A stretch of 62,645 bases of DNA from Chitinophagaceae bacterium (GTDB lineage: Bacteria > Bacteroidota > Bacteroidia > Chitinophagales > Chitinophagaceae). The DNA lies in assembly GCA_947447005.1 (NCBI GenBank), contig CANFHO010000001.1, positions 1 through 62,645 of the forward strand, written 5' to 3'. Made by a program: the position numbers and the translations under genes. Below the pieces are notes generated by a model, which did no database searches, was not told where the DNA came from, and saw only the letters and a list, made by a program, of their open reading frames with translations. Shown here piece after piece: positions 1 to 8,818 of the stretch; the first letter of the stretch is position 1, and each line of letters begins with the position of its first letter.

Positions 1-1
1 T

Positions 2-148
2 TCAACAGCAATACCCTGGGTATTGGTTTATGTTGAGTTGCATGAAACTATGCGAGGCGCATTGATTCGAGAGAAGAAATTAAAGAAGAGTAAAACAAGT
101 TATTTAGAATGGTTGATTGAACAACCATCGAATATGATAAAATCATGA
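2..148 (+). CDS. GIY-YIG nuclease family protein (UPF0213-like), 3' end only
   Basis: Own translation of frame 2: STAIPWVLVYVELHETMRGALIREKKLKKSK...MIKS*. This fits the PWxLVYxE...AxxREKxLK C-terminal signature of small GIY-YIG proteins. Truncated by the window edge. Confidence 0.7.
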   Translation, partial: STAIPWVLVYVELHETMRGALIREKKLKKSKTSYLEWLIEQPSNMIKS

Positions 149-150
149 GT

Positions 151-200
151 CGCCCTGTCACGGTCCCGGCTGAGCCGGGACGGGTTCGTTGCGGTCCGCA
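151..200 (+). pseudogene. Degenerate tRNA-Asp(GTC) 3' fragment interrupted by a 19-bp palindrome
   Basis: CGCC-CTGTCAC-GG resembles an Asp anticodon arm, followed by palindrome GTCCCGGCT-G-AGCCGGGAC (163-181), a GGGTTCG T-loop-like motif and a GGTCCGCA 3'-end-like motif. There is no D-arm or complete T-stem. Confidence 0.5.
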
Positions 201-202
201 AG

Positions 203-229
203 AAGCCCTTCAGAAATGAGGGGCTTTTT
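203..229 (+). terminator. Intrinsic terminator
   Basis: AAGCCCTTCA-GAAA-TGAGGGGCTT stem followed by a T-run. Confidence 0.75.
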
Positions 230-267
230 CGTTATTTAGGGTATCCATTTTGTAACTTGCTTACAGC

Positions 268-771
268 ATGATGAATACACAATCACTCATTGAATTTTAT
301 GGGCTTCTTCCTCACCCGGAAGGGGGTTACTACAAAGAGACGTACCGTTTTAATGGAATCATAGAACCTGCATGTTTGCCATCAGCATTTGGAGAAGCAC
401 GATCGTTTTCTACTGCAATTTATTTTCTGTTGCCCGTTGGAAATTTTTCAGCCCTTCATCGCATCAAATCTGACGAAATCTGGCATTTTTATGAGGGTTG
501 TCCCTTGCATATTCATGTTATTCATCCCAATGGGACATATGAGCTGATGGTATTGGGAAACGATCATTCCCAAGGACAATCATTTCAACTGGTTGTACCT
601 GCTCATGCTTGGTTTGCATCAGAGCCTGTTGGTGCAGAAGGTGAATTCAGTTTTGTTGGATGTACGGTAGCGCCTGGATTTGATTTTGCTGATTTTGAAT
701 TGGCTGATGCTGATCATTTATCGTTTGAATTTCCAAATCATAAGGCAATCATTCAACGGTTGTCCCGATAG
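268..771 (+). CDS. Cupin superfamily protein (DUF985/Cupin_5)
   Basis: Motifs LLPHPEGGYYKETYR, STAIYFLL, HRIKSDEIWHFY, VGCTVAPGFDFADFELA. Confidence 0.9.
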   Translation: MMNTQSLIEFYGLLPHPEGGYYKETYRFNGIIEPACLPSAFGEARSFSTAIYFLLPVGNFSALHRIKSDEIWHFYEGCPLHIHVIHPNGTYELMVLGNDHSQGQSFQLVVPAHAWFASEPVGAEGEFSFVGCTVAPGFDFADFELADADHLSFEFPNHKAIIQRLSR

Positions 772-829
772 AAATATACACCCCTAAACAATTTTTCAAC
801 TTGCCAAGATTACTCTTTAACTTAACAGC

Positions 830-3034
830 ATGAACTATATGAAAAAAATATTTTATCTGATTATTGCATTGTTTTTGTTCTCCAATTCAGTATTCAGTCA
901 AAAAAGCGAACTAGTCATCATAAAAAATCGAATTGTTGATGAGCTTTTGAGTAATAAAACAAATGATATTCAGGTTGAAGCCATTTTGTCTAAAATGAAG
1001 GATGACGGAAGTTTTAATGATATAAACTATTCAGATCTCAGCACCACAGCCAGCTTCCCACATGGCCGACATACAAGTGATTTGGCTTATATCGCTAAAG
1101 CGTATAAAAATAAAACATCTGCTTTTTACCACAGTGCAAGAGTGAAAGATGCCATTATCAGTGGCCTGAACTTTTGGATTAAAAATGATTTTGTTGGAGA
1201 TAACTGGCACGATAATCAAATTACAACACCAACAAATTTAATGAACCTCATGTTGGCCATAGGTGATGAATTGCCGGCAGACTTGGTTAAAAAAGCACAG
1301 CCTATGATTGGCAGGGCAAATATGAATGCTTCAGGAGCACGCCCCAGTGGAGATAGAATTGTAATTGCTGGTATTCTGGCTAAAAACCTACTTTTTTTAG
1401 GCAATGATAAATTATTTGACTCCATCATTCATATCATTGAAGGTGAAATGAAATTTGCAACAGGGGAACGTGGACTTCAGCAGGACTATAGTTTTCATCA
1501 CAGACCCGACCGTGTAAATAATACTGATTCCTATGGATATGGGAAATTCGCAAATGCTTATGGCGAGTGGTCTTCCTATGTTGCAGGAACAAAATATCAG
1601 TTTTCAAAAGAAAAAATAAACCAATTGGTTGATTACTATTTGGATGGTATTTACAAGCAAATGGTATATGGCGTGTATGAAGATGTTGGGGTAAGAAATC
1701 GCGATGTTACAATCAAAAGAGATGCATTTCAACCTAAGGGCACACTTGAAATAGAAAGGGTTTTAATGAGTACAGATTATAGAAGAAAAGAGCTGGAAGA
1801 TATTTTGAAATTAAGAAAAGGGGAGGGGACGCCATCTCTATCATTCGCTAAATTCTTCTGGCAATCTGAGCATTTTGTCTTTCAACGTCCAAATTTTTAT
1901 ACCAGCGTCAGGATGTTTTCCACACGAAACCAAAATATGGAGCAGCCTTATAATGGCCCTGGTAAAACAACACACCATCGTGCAGACGGAACGAATTATC
2001 TTCTCCTAAAGGGAGATGAGTATTTTAATATCTGGCCTGTTTATGATTGGCAAAAAATATCAGGTACAACCATCATGCAGAAGCCCAATCTTCCTGGACC
2101 CACTGAGATTCAAAAAGAAGGTTTGACGAATTTTGTAGGTGCAGTCACTGATGGTTTATATGGTGCGGTTGCTTTTGATTTTAAAAGTCCTCACGATATG
2201 CTAGAAGCTAAAAAGTCTTGGTTTTTCTTTGATGAGGAATATGTTTGTCTGGGTGCAGGTATCAAACCCAAGAAGTCATTGCCCGTTGTTACAACGATCA
2301 ATCAAGTATTGCTACGAAGCGATGTGAGTGTAATGCAAAATGGAGAAAAAAAGGTTTTACCCAAAGGAAATCGGGTTGCAGAAAATGTTAAGTGGGTTTA
2401 TCAAGATAAGGTAGGATATATTTTTCCTGAACCAACAACAGTAACCATTTCGAATCAAGTTGAAACAGGTCGTTGGTCAGATATTACCGATCAAAAAAAC
2501 ATCAGCAACAAGTTGGTGGGTGAAGAAGTTTTCAAGCTGTATTTCAACCATGGTGATAAGATTAATGAAACGGATATTCATGGAAAAAGAAAGATGGAGC
2601 AAAGTCCTTCTTATCAATATATCGTTGTACCCAATATTTCAGAACAGAAACTGATGGAATCAAGTGTGGATAACAGAAAAATTGAAATTTTATCCAACAC
2701 TCCTGATTTGCAAGGGGTAAAAAATAATTCTTTAAACATTGTTCAATTGGCCTTTTACAAGGCAGGCGAAATTGAAATTGGCAAAGGACAAAAAGTAAAA
2801 ATGGATAGCCAAGGTATGGCCATGCTTAAATTGGAGGGGAGTAAGGTGAAAGAATTAACAGTTGCTGATCCATCCAGGAATTTAAGTCGCATATTGTTGA
2901 CTTTGCCTGCTAGTTATACCACAAAGGGAAATGGCTTTACATGTTTACCTAATGCAAAAGAGAACAAGACAATGATTATTGTTGATTTGCCGCAAGGTGT
3001 TTATTTAGGTAAAAGCATAACGATTAAGCTTTAA
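830..3034 (+). CDS. Polysaccharide lyase family 8 (chondroitin AC/hyaluronate lyase-like), secreted
   Basis: Signal peptide; motifs GLQQDYSFH, IWPVYDWQKISGTT, FVGAVTDG, AKKSWFFFDEEYVCLGAGI, VTTINQ; C-terminal VADPSR. Confidence 0.85.
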   Translation: MNYMKKIFYLIIALFLFSNSVFSQKSELVIIKNRIVDELLSNKTNDIQVEAILSKMKDDGSFNDINYSDLSTTASFPHGRHTSDLAYIAKAYKNKTSAFYHSARVKDAIISGLNFWIKNDFVGDNWHDNQITTPTNLMNLMLAIGDELPADLVKKAQPMIGRANMNASGARPSGDRIVIAGILAKNLLFLGNDKLFDSIIHIIEGEMKFATGERGLQQDYSFHHRPDRVNNTDSYGYGKFANAYGEWSSYVAGTKYQFSKEKINQLVDYYLDGIYKQMVYGVYEDVGVRNRDVTIKRDAFQPKGTLEIERVLMSTDYRRKELEDILKLRKGEGTPSLSFAKFFWQSEHFVFQRPNFYTSVRMFSTRNQNMEQPYNGPGKTTHHRADGTNYLLLKGDEYFNIWPVYDWQKISGTTIMQKPNLPGPTEIQKEGLTNFVGAVTDGLYGAVAFDFKSPHDMLEAKKSWFFFDEEYVCLGAGIKPKKSLPVVTTINQVLLRSDVSVMQNGEKKVLPKGNRVAENVKWVYQDKVGYIFPEPTTVTISNQVETGRWSDITDQKNISNKLVGEEVFKLYFNHGDKINETDIHGKRKMEQSPSYQYIVVPNISEQKLMESSVDNRKIEILSNTPDLQGVKNNSLNIVQLAFYKAGEIEIGKGQKVKMDSQGMAMLKLEGSKVKELTVADPSRNLSRILLTLPASYTTKGNGFTCLPNAKENKTMIIVDLPQGVYLGKSITIKL

Positions 3035-3071
3035 GAGGGGTATAGATTCATCTGACTCAAAAGGCTTGTTT

Positions 3072-4013
3072 CTATTTGCTGAAATATCTATCAAATTCGT
3101 TTGAACTGATCATGAAAATCGTTCCATGCCTCAGTCCCTTGGGCATGCTGATTTTGTCTGATATGTCGAACCAATTGATTAGGTCAGTGGATTCAACTGC
3201 ACCATAGGTATGGTCGCGGTATTTATCGAACATAACTATCCACTTGTCGCCTATCTTTTCAACCGTAGGTCCCTCTGCCCAATATTTTCCGGATATGGGA
3301 GGACTTGCAGGTGAATAATTTTTTACTAGGTTGTTGCTCCTGGCTATTCGTATATTTTTTTCAGGCTGAGGCAGGAGTGTTTCGTCTTTGAGGAACATCA
3401 GATAATAGTCTTTGTTCAATACTTTGATAGTGGCATCAATTACATTGAAATGCTGGTCATATAAGAGTTTCGTGCGACTAAACCTTTTGAAATCTTTTGT
3501 AAGGGTGTAGTACATTCTGTGGTTGTACTTGCTTTCTGAACTTTGTGTATCGGTGAATTTTCCTGCAATGGTACTGGCCCAGTAAATCATGTATTTTTGA
3601 GAATAAGGGTCGTAGGTGATTTCAGGGGCCCATGTATTTCTCGTGCTATCGAAATGTTGCATGACGGGTAGAAATCTTTGGTCAGACCAATGTATCAAAT
3701 CGCTTGATTGTGCATAACCAATTCCTTTATCATTCCAGCTAACGGTCCACACCATGTGAAATTTTCCATCTGCACCACGAATGATACATGGATCACGCAT
3801 CAACTTATCCTTGGCAACGCTTGGAGTGAGAAAGGATTTGTCGTTGTTCAGGGATGAATATTTCAATCCGTCTTTACTAAAGGCATAATGTAGTCCGTCT
3901 TCTCCATTTCCTTTGAAATAGCAAAATATGTACACAGAGTCTGTTCTTTCCTGACTGAATATGCTGCAATATGTAAACATGATTGCTGTAAAAAAAAGCA
4001 CCTTTTTCAACAT
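3072..4013 (-). CDS. Glycoside hydrolase family 43-like five-bladed beta-propeller, secreted
   Basis: Signal peptide; motifs LMRDPCI, FHMVWT, SSDLIHWS, NTWAPE, NVIDATI, WAEGPT, GLRHGT. Confidence 0.85.
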   Translation of the reverse strand: MLKKVLFFTAIMFTYCSIFSQERTDSVYIFCYFKGNGEDGLHYAFSKDGLKYSSLNNDKSFLTPSVAKDKLMRDPCIIRGADGKFHMVWTVSWNDKGIGYAQSSDLIHWSDQRFLPVMQHFDSTRNTWAPEITYDPYSQKYMIYWASTIAGKFTDTQSSESKYNHRMYYTLTKDFKRFSRTKLLYDQHFNVIDATIKVLNKDYYLMFLKDETLLPQPEKNIRIARSNNLVKNYSPASPPISGKYWAEGPTVEKIGDKWIVMFDKYRDHTYGAVESTDLINWFDISDKISMPKGLRHGTIFMISSNEFDRYFSK

Positions 4014-4037
4014 GAATTATTTGTGTCGAATATAGTA

Positions 4038-4068
4038 AAAAAATAGCCCTTCTTTTGAAGGGCTATTT
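4038..4068 (-). terminator. Intrinsic terminator downstream of the DUF1080 gene
   Basis: AAATAGCCCTTC-TTTT-GAAGGGCTATTT perfect stem, with an A-run on the left (U-tract on the minus strand). Confidence 0.8.
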
Positions 4069-4090
4069 GAATTCATATTAGTGAAAGAAA

Positions 4091-4795
4091 TCAATCTTGT
4101 TTGATATAGATATTTCTGTATTCCACTTTCATGAAAGGCATGACATGGACTTGCAATCCCAATAAACCACTTGACTTGCTTGTTTTTTCATCTTCATCTA
4201 TAACATCACTCATCAACACACCATTTATAAAATGTTGAAGGTGGTTGCCTTTTGCGATGATATGTATTTCATTCCAATCACCCTGTTTGATAAGTGTTTT
4301 CAAAGAATCTGAATTTCCAACTGTTCCAGTGATGGTTGGTTTTTTTTCACCTTTAAGCAAAGTCTTTTCTCCTCTCATTGCCAGAAATCCTCTTCCTCTT
4401 TCTTCATAATTTTGTCCTGTATAACGATCTGCACCATCAATATCTGCCTGATAGCCTTTTAAAGCATATTTGATATTAGGTAATTCTTCACTTCTGTAAT
4501 TCACCCCACTATTGCCTTCTGGGCTGATTTTATATTCCGCTTTGAATTCGAAATCTGCAGGAGTTCCATTACGCCAAATGAGAAAAGTGTTTGTCTTGAT
4601 TGTTTTTCCTTTCACTACTTCACCAACAAAGCAACCATTTTCAACCCTCCAGAAACTGGTATCTGCATCCCAACCTTTCATGGATTTACCATCAAAAATT
4701 TTTTTAAATTTTCCATTTTTTTTCTGTGCATGAATGGAATTGATTTGGAAGCAAACCAAGAGGCAGAGGATAATTTTAAAACTTAATTTATTCAT
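4091..4795 (-). CDS. DUF1080 (3-keto-disaccharide hydrolase/eliminase-like) protein, exported
   Basis: Motifs IFDGKSMKGW, DFEFKAEYK, GNSGVNYRS, GYQADID, GDWNEIHIIAKGN, GLLGLQVH, VEYRNIYIK. Confidence 0.9.
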   Translation of the reverse strand: MNKLSFKIILCLLVCFQINSIHAQKKNGKFKKIFDGKSMKGWDADTSFWRVENGCFVGEVVKGKTIKTNTFLIWRNGTPADFEFKAEYKISPEGNSGVNYRSEELPNIKYALKGYQADIDGADRYTGQNYEERGRGFLAMRGEKTLLKGEKKPTITGTVGNSDSLKTLIKQGDWNEIHIIAKGNHLQHFINGVLMSDVIDEDEKTSKSSGLLGLQVHVMPFMKVEYRNIYIKQD

Positions 4796-4815
4796 CTTTG
4801 TGTTGTTTTTTGTGA

Positions 4816-5967
4816 TTAGGAAACGTTTGTTTCCTTCCAGCTTTTAGATGCGGCTGAATCTAAAACGGCTTGGCATACCTTCTGTGTATCTAATGCTTCT
4901 CTAAATGTTGGAGAGCAAGGTTCTCCAGTTTCAAGCGATTTTAAAAAGTCGGCCACCTGATGAACAAAAGAGTGTTCATAACCGATACCCAAACCTGGAA
5001 CCCACCATTTATTCATATATGGTTGTTCGCCATCTGTGACATGTATAGATCTCCATCCACGAAGATTTCCTTCGTCTCCATTGTCAAAAAATTCAAGCCT
5101 GTTCAGGTCGTGTAGATCCCATCTGATAGAGGCATTTGCACCATTGATTTCAAAAGTGTACAAAGCTTTGTGTCCTCTGGCATACCTGGTTGATTCAAAT
5201 AGTCCAAGTGATCCGTTGTTGAAATGACAAAAGAAGGCGCAGGCATCATCAATATGTACTTGCTCAACTTTCCCTGTAAGTTGGTGCATACGTTCTTTTA
5301 CAAATGTTTCAGTCATGGCAGACACATCTTTAATACCGCCATTCAGCCACATTGCAGTATCAACACAATGGGAGAGGAGGTCTCCAACAACCCCGGAACC
5401 TGCTACAGCTGCGTCCATACGCCATAAAGCCTCACCACCTTGTGGAAGATTTTCATTGATGGTCCAATCCTGTAAAAAGTTTGCGCGATAATGATATATT
5501 TTACCAAGCTTACCTGAGTCTATAATTTGTTTTGCCAATGTAACAGCAGGGATACGTCTGTAATTATACCAAACTGTATTTTTTACACCCGCTTGTTCTA
5601 TTGCTTCAACCATGCCCTCGGATTCAGCAAGATTTCTAGCCAATGGTTTTTCACAAAGAATCATTTTACCTGCTTTCGCTGCTGCAATCGCAATTTCTGC
5701 ATGGGTATCGTTTGGGGTACAAATATCAACGGCATCAATATCAGGTCTTGCTATCAATTTTTTCCAATCAGTTTCAATGCTTTCATAACCCCATTGTTCA
5801 GCAAAGGCTTTTAGCTTGGTTTCATTTCTAAAACAAACTGCTTTCAAAACAGGTTTGTATTCCAAATCAGGGAAAAAGTTTTGTATGCGGTTGTATCCAT
5901 TTGAATGGGTTCTACCCATGAATCCACCACCTATAAGTCCTATGTTAAGTGTTTTTTTTGTTGACAT
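4816..5967 (-). CDS. Gfo/Idh/MocA NAD-dependent sugar oxidoreductase (levoglucosan-dehydrogenase-like subgroup)
   Basis: [10 protein letters not shown] Rossmann motif; [38 protein letters not shown]. Confidence 0.9.
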   Translation of the reverse strand: MSTKKTLNIGLIGGGFMGRTHSNGYNRIQNFFPDLEYKPVLKAVCFRNETKLKAFAEQWGYESIETDWKKLIARPDIDAVDICTPNDTHAEIAIAAAKAGKMILCEKPLARNLAESEGMVEAIEQAGVKNTVWYNYRRIPAVTLAKQIIDSGKLGKIYHYRANFLQDWTINENLPQGGEALWRMDAAVAGSGVVGDLLSHCVDTAMWLNGGIKDVSAMTETFVKERMHQLTGKVEQVHIDDACAFFCHFNNGSLGLFESTRYARGHKALYTFEINGANASIRWDLHDLNRLEFFDNGDEGNLRGWRSIHVTDGEQPYMNKWWVPGLGIGYEHSFVHQVADFLKSLETGEPCSPTFREALDTQKVCQAVLDSAASKSWKETNVS

Positions 5968-6004
5968 GATTTATATTTTTTAACAATACAAAAGTATGAT
6001 GTGA

Positions 6005-7039
6005 TTAAGCCTCATTCCAACCATGGTGATCTCTCACTTTGATGAGAGCAGCAAGGATATCATTCCAGGTTTGTTGTTTTGTCATTACTTCATTTGGGAA
6101 CATACAGCCATCCCAACAGATATGTTTGAATGCTTTGGTTAGTTCACCATTTTCATTTCTCAACCAATAGCCTGCATGTTTCGCAATATCCAGTTTTCCG
6201 TTAGGATCCAATGCCTGGCAGTGTCTACCCGTTTTATCATGTGACCCGGTACCGTGCACTGTTCCATCATTTTGCGCTACATGGAAATCAATTGTCCATG
6301 GACGAAGCGCTGCAGTTAATTGCCTCAATCCTTCATCCAATGCTGCGCCATCACTCCAATCGAAGTCAACTGGCAGAATACGGTGCTCTGGAGCATTGTA
6401 CCCTAACAAGTAAAGGAGCGTATGTGCCATGTCGGCCTGAAATCCAATATTGGGGCGGTTAACAGCTTCCAGCGTATCTATCATAGATTTCCAACTATGC
6501 ATTCCTCCCCAACATATTTCACCTTCAGCAGCTAATTTTTCACCATAATCGGCAGCAACATCACATGCTTCGCGAAATGTTTCTGCAATAAGTTTTGTAT
6601 TATTTACAGGATCTGCAGCCCAGGCTTCCGGTTTGCTGGCAGAATCTATGCGTATGATGCCATAAGGCCTAACACCTTGGTCACGCAATTTTTTACCAAA
6701 TTCACATGACTTGCGAACCATATCCACAAAAACAGCACGGTCTTCTTTTGAGCCCATTGCAGGACCACCCCATATTGGTGCAACCAAGCTACCAATGTTT
6801 AGGTTGAGCGACTTAACCCTGTCTGCAAGTCTTTTGATGCCGTCTTCAGATTCATCAATATTGAAATGAGGTTCAAATAAGCCGATATCAATTCCATCGA
6901 ATTTCACGCCATCTACCTCTGCATTGGCAGTAAGTTCCAATAATGTGTCGAGTGAAATGGGTGGTTCAGAATCAGGCCCTTTTCCTACAATGCCAGGCCA
7001 GGTTGCGTTGTGTAGTTTTGGATAATTGTTTTTGTTCAT
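6005..7039 (-). CDS. Xylose isomerase-like TIM-barrel protein (AP_endonuc_2 family), substrate unknown
   Basis: Metal-ligand-like motifs [27 protein letters not shown]; operon context. Confidence 0.75.
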   Translation of the reverse strand: MNKNNYPKLHNATWPGIVGKGPDSEPPISLDTLLELTANAEVDGVKFDGIDIGLFEPHFNIDESEDGIKRLADRVKSLNLNIGSLVAPIWGGPAMGSKEDRAVFVDMVRKSCEFGKKLRDQGVRPYGIIRIDSASKPEAWAADPVNNTKLIAETFREACDVAADYGEKLAAEGEICWGGMHSWKSMIDTLEAVNRPNIGFQADMAHTLLYLLGYNAPEHRILPVDFDWSDGAALDEGLRQLTAALRPWTIDFHVAQNDGTVHGTGSHDKTGRHCQALDPNGKLDIAKHAGYWLRNENGELTKAFKHICWDGCMFPNEVMTKQQTWNDILAALIKVRDHHGWNEA

Positions 7040-7063
7040 ATGACTTGATTTGTATTTTTGAAA

Positions 7064-7921
7064 TTAAAGGTTGTGTTTTTTACATTGTTCCTGAATGAAT
7101 GCCAATCCTTTTTTTGCCATGTCCCATGGGGCAGAATATTCTCTCCACACATTGATTGCATTTGCGAAATCCGGATCATTTCTTGAAAAGGCTTCAATGG
7201 TAAGCCATCCATTGTATTTGATATCAGCAAGGGTTTGAAATGTTTCATCCCAAAGAACGTGGCCATCTCCAGGTGTTCCACGATCGTTTTCACTGATATG
7301 CACATGTGCAAGCAGTGGACCGATTTGATGTAAAGCATCTTTTGCTTTTTTCTCCTCGATATTGGCATGGTGCGTATCATACATGGCTTTTACGTGAGGA
7401 TGATTTGCTTTGGAAACCAATTTGTTTAATTGTTCCATGGTATTGCACAGGTAACATTCAAATCTGTTTAAGGCCTCCAATGCCAATGTTATGCCTGCCT
7501 GCGCTGCATATTCTCCTGCCTGATGCATCACTTCGGCACAATGATTGTATTCTTCATCCTGCGGTGGTTTTTTTGTAAAATGTCCATGCGCAGAATGAAA
7601 TGGGCCACATAGGATGGTGGAATGCATATCATGTGCGCGATCTATTCCCCATTTGATTCTATCCAGTGCTTTTTTTCGAACAGCATTGGATGCATCTACT
7701 GGATTGTGTTCTGCACCCACTACAAATACACTGGTTGTTTCCAAACCTATATTCTGGGCATGTTCGCCAAAACGTTTATATGCCTTTTCATCAGGTGCAC
7801 CAATGAAACATTCAACTCCATCATAGCCAATTTCTTTTAATCTGTCGATAATCGGAAACTGTTCATCAGACACTACTGCCGACCAAACCAACGTATTGAA
7901 TCCTATTTTATACATATTCAA
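7064..7921 (-). CDS. D-psicose/D-tagatose 3-epimerase family sugar epimerase
   Basis: Motifs LEALNRFECY, MYDTHHANIEE, HVHISENDRGTPGDG, LTIEAF. Confidence 0.88.
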   Translation of the reverse strand: MNMYKIGFNTLVWSAVVSDEQFPIIDRLKEIGYDGVECFIGAPDEKAYKRFGEHAQNIGLETTSVFVVGAEHNPVDASNAVRKKALDRIKWGIDRAHDMHSTILCGPFHSAHGHFTKKPPQDEEYNHCAEVMHQAGEYAAQAGITLALEALNRFECYLCNTMEQLNKLVSKANHPHVKAMYDTHHANIEEKKAKDALHQIGPLLAHVHISENDRGTPGDGHVLWDETFQTLADIKYNGWLTIEAFSRNDPDFANAINVWREYSAPWDMAKKGLAFIQEQCKKHNL

Positions 7922-7930
7922 GCAAATATT

Positions 7931-8809
7931 TTATTCTCTGTATGGCACATTGATTTTCATTGGGCCAGCCCATTTTGATGGTATTTTTTTACCTGCTGCC
8001 CAATGGATGGCATTGATCACCAAATGTTGAAATGGTTCTTGATCAAAATCTTCAGGATGCCCCAATGTTGTAAAAAAGAAAGTTGCTCCATAACTGTTTT
8101 TCCCTGTCCATGCTACCGGATTGTCATATGCATTTTTTGTATTGGGGTTTACAGAATGTCCCATCATCAATGCAGTTGACCCTTTCAGGGGATAGCTAGG
8201 TAATACCTGATACAACCAAGAACGTGCGTGAAAATCAGCTCCAACACCTGCTAAAATGGGATTCTCAGATTGTTCTGGAATGATTTTAACATCTGTGGAT
8301 GATTCATGTCCGTAATGCGTATGATTTGCCACACCACCCCAACCTGGAGGTGTATTGAAAGCAATTTCACCAAAGGCATTCCATTTTTCCAATGGATGGC
8401 CTGCCGGGTATTTGAAAGCGTGCGTTGTTGTACGAAATCCTACAAGTGGCTTACCTGTTTTAAGATAATCTTCAATCAGTTTTACCTGATCTGCAGGCAG
8501 TCGACGCCAGCGTAGAAAAAAAACGGCAAGGTCTGCATCTTTAAGAGCTTCCAGACCTGGAATGTTTTCTTCCGACTTATAGTCAGGAAATGCTTTCAAT
8601 ACGATGGTTCTGAATCCATAATTTTTTTCAAGCTCGTGAGCGATGGCTGGCATGGTTGCTTCACTGCTGTATTCATGGTCGCCTGTTACAAATACAATCA
8701 GCGGACTTTTTTTATTTGACTTGTCCTTATTTTGTGCCATGCATATAGTTTGCATGAATGCAAGCAATAAGATACCTGTGACTAGTTTAGTGGTGGATAT
8801 TTTATTCAT
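7931..8809 (-). CDS. ThuA-like (trehalose utilisation/GATase1-like) domain protein, exported
   Basis: Signal peptide; motifs FVTGDHEY, IPGLEALKDADL, GFRTTTHAF, PVAWT, FFTTLGHPEDF. Confidence 0.8.
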   Translation of the reverse strand: MNKISTTKLVTGILLLAFMQTICMAQNKDKSNKKSPLIVFVTGDHEYSSEATMPAIAHELEKNYGFRTIVLKAFPDYKSEENIPGLEALKDADLAVFFLRWRRLPADQVKLIEDYLKTGKPLVGFRTTTHAFKYPAGHPLEKWNAFGEIAFNTPPGWGGVANHTHYGHESSTDVKIIPEQSENPILAGVGADFHARSWLYQVLPSYPLKGSTALMMGHSVNPNTKNAYDNPVAWTGKNSYGATFFFTTLGHPEDFDQEPFQHLVINAIHWAAGKKIPSKWAGPMKINVPYRE

Positions 8810-8818
8810 GGAAGCATA

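Noticed and set aside
4816-7921. Specific assignment as inositol (iolG/iolE) or apiose pathway genes
   Set aside because: Only family-level motifs are recognisable, and companion genes (iolB/C/D, kinases, transketolase) are absent.
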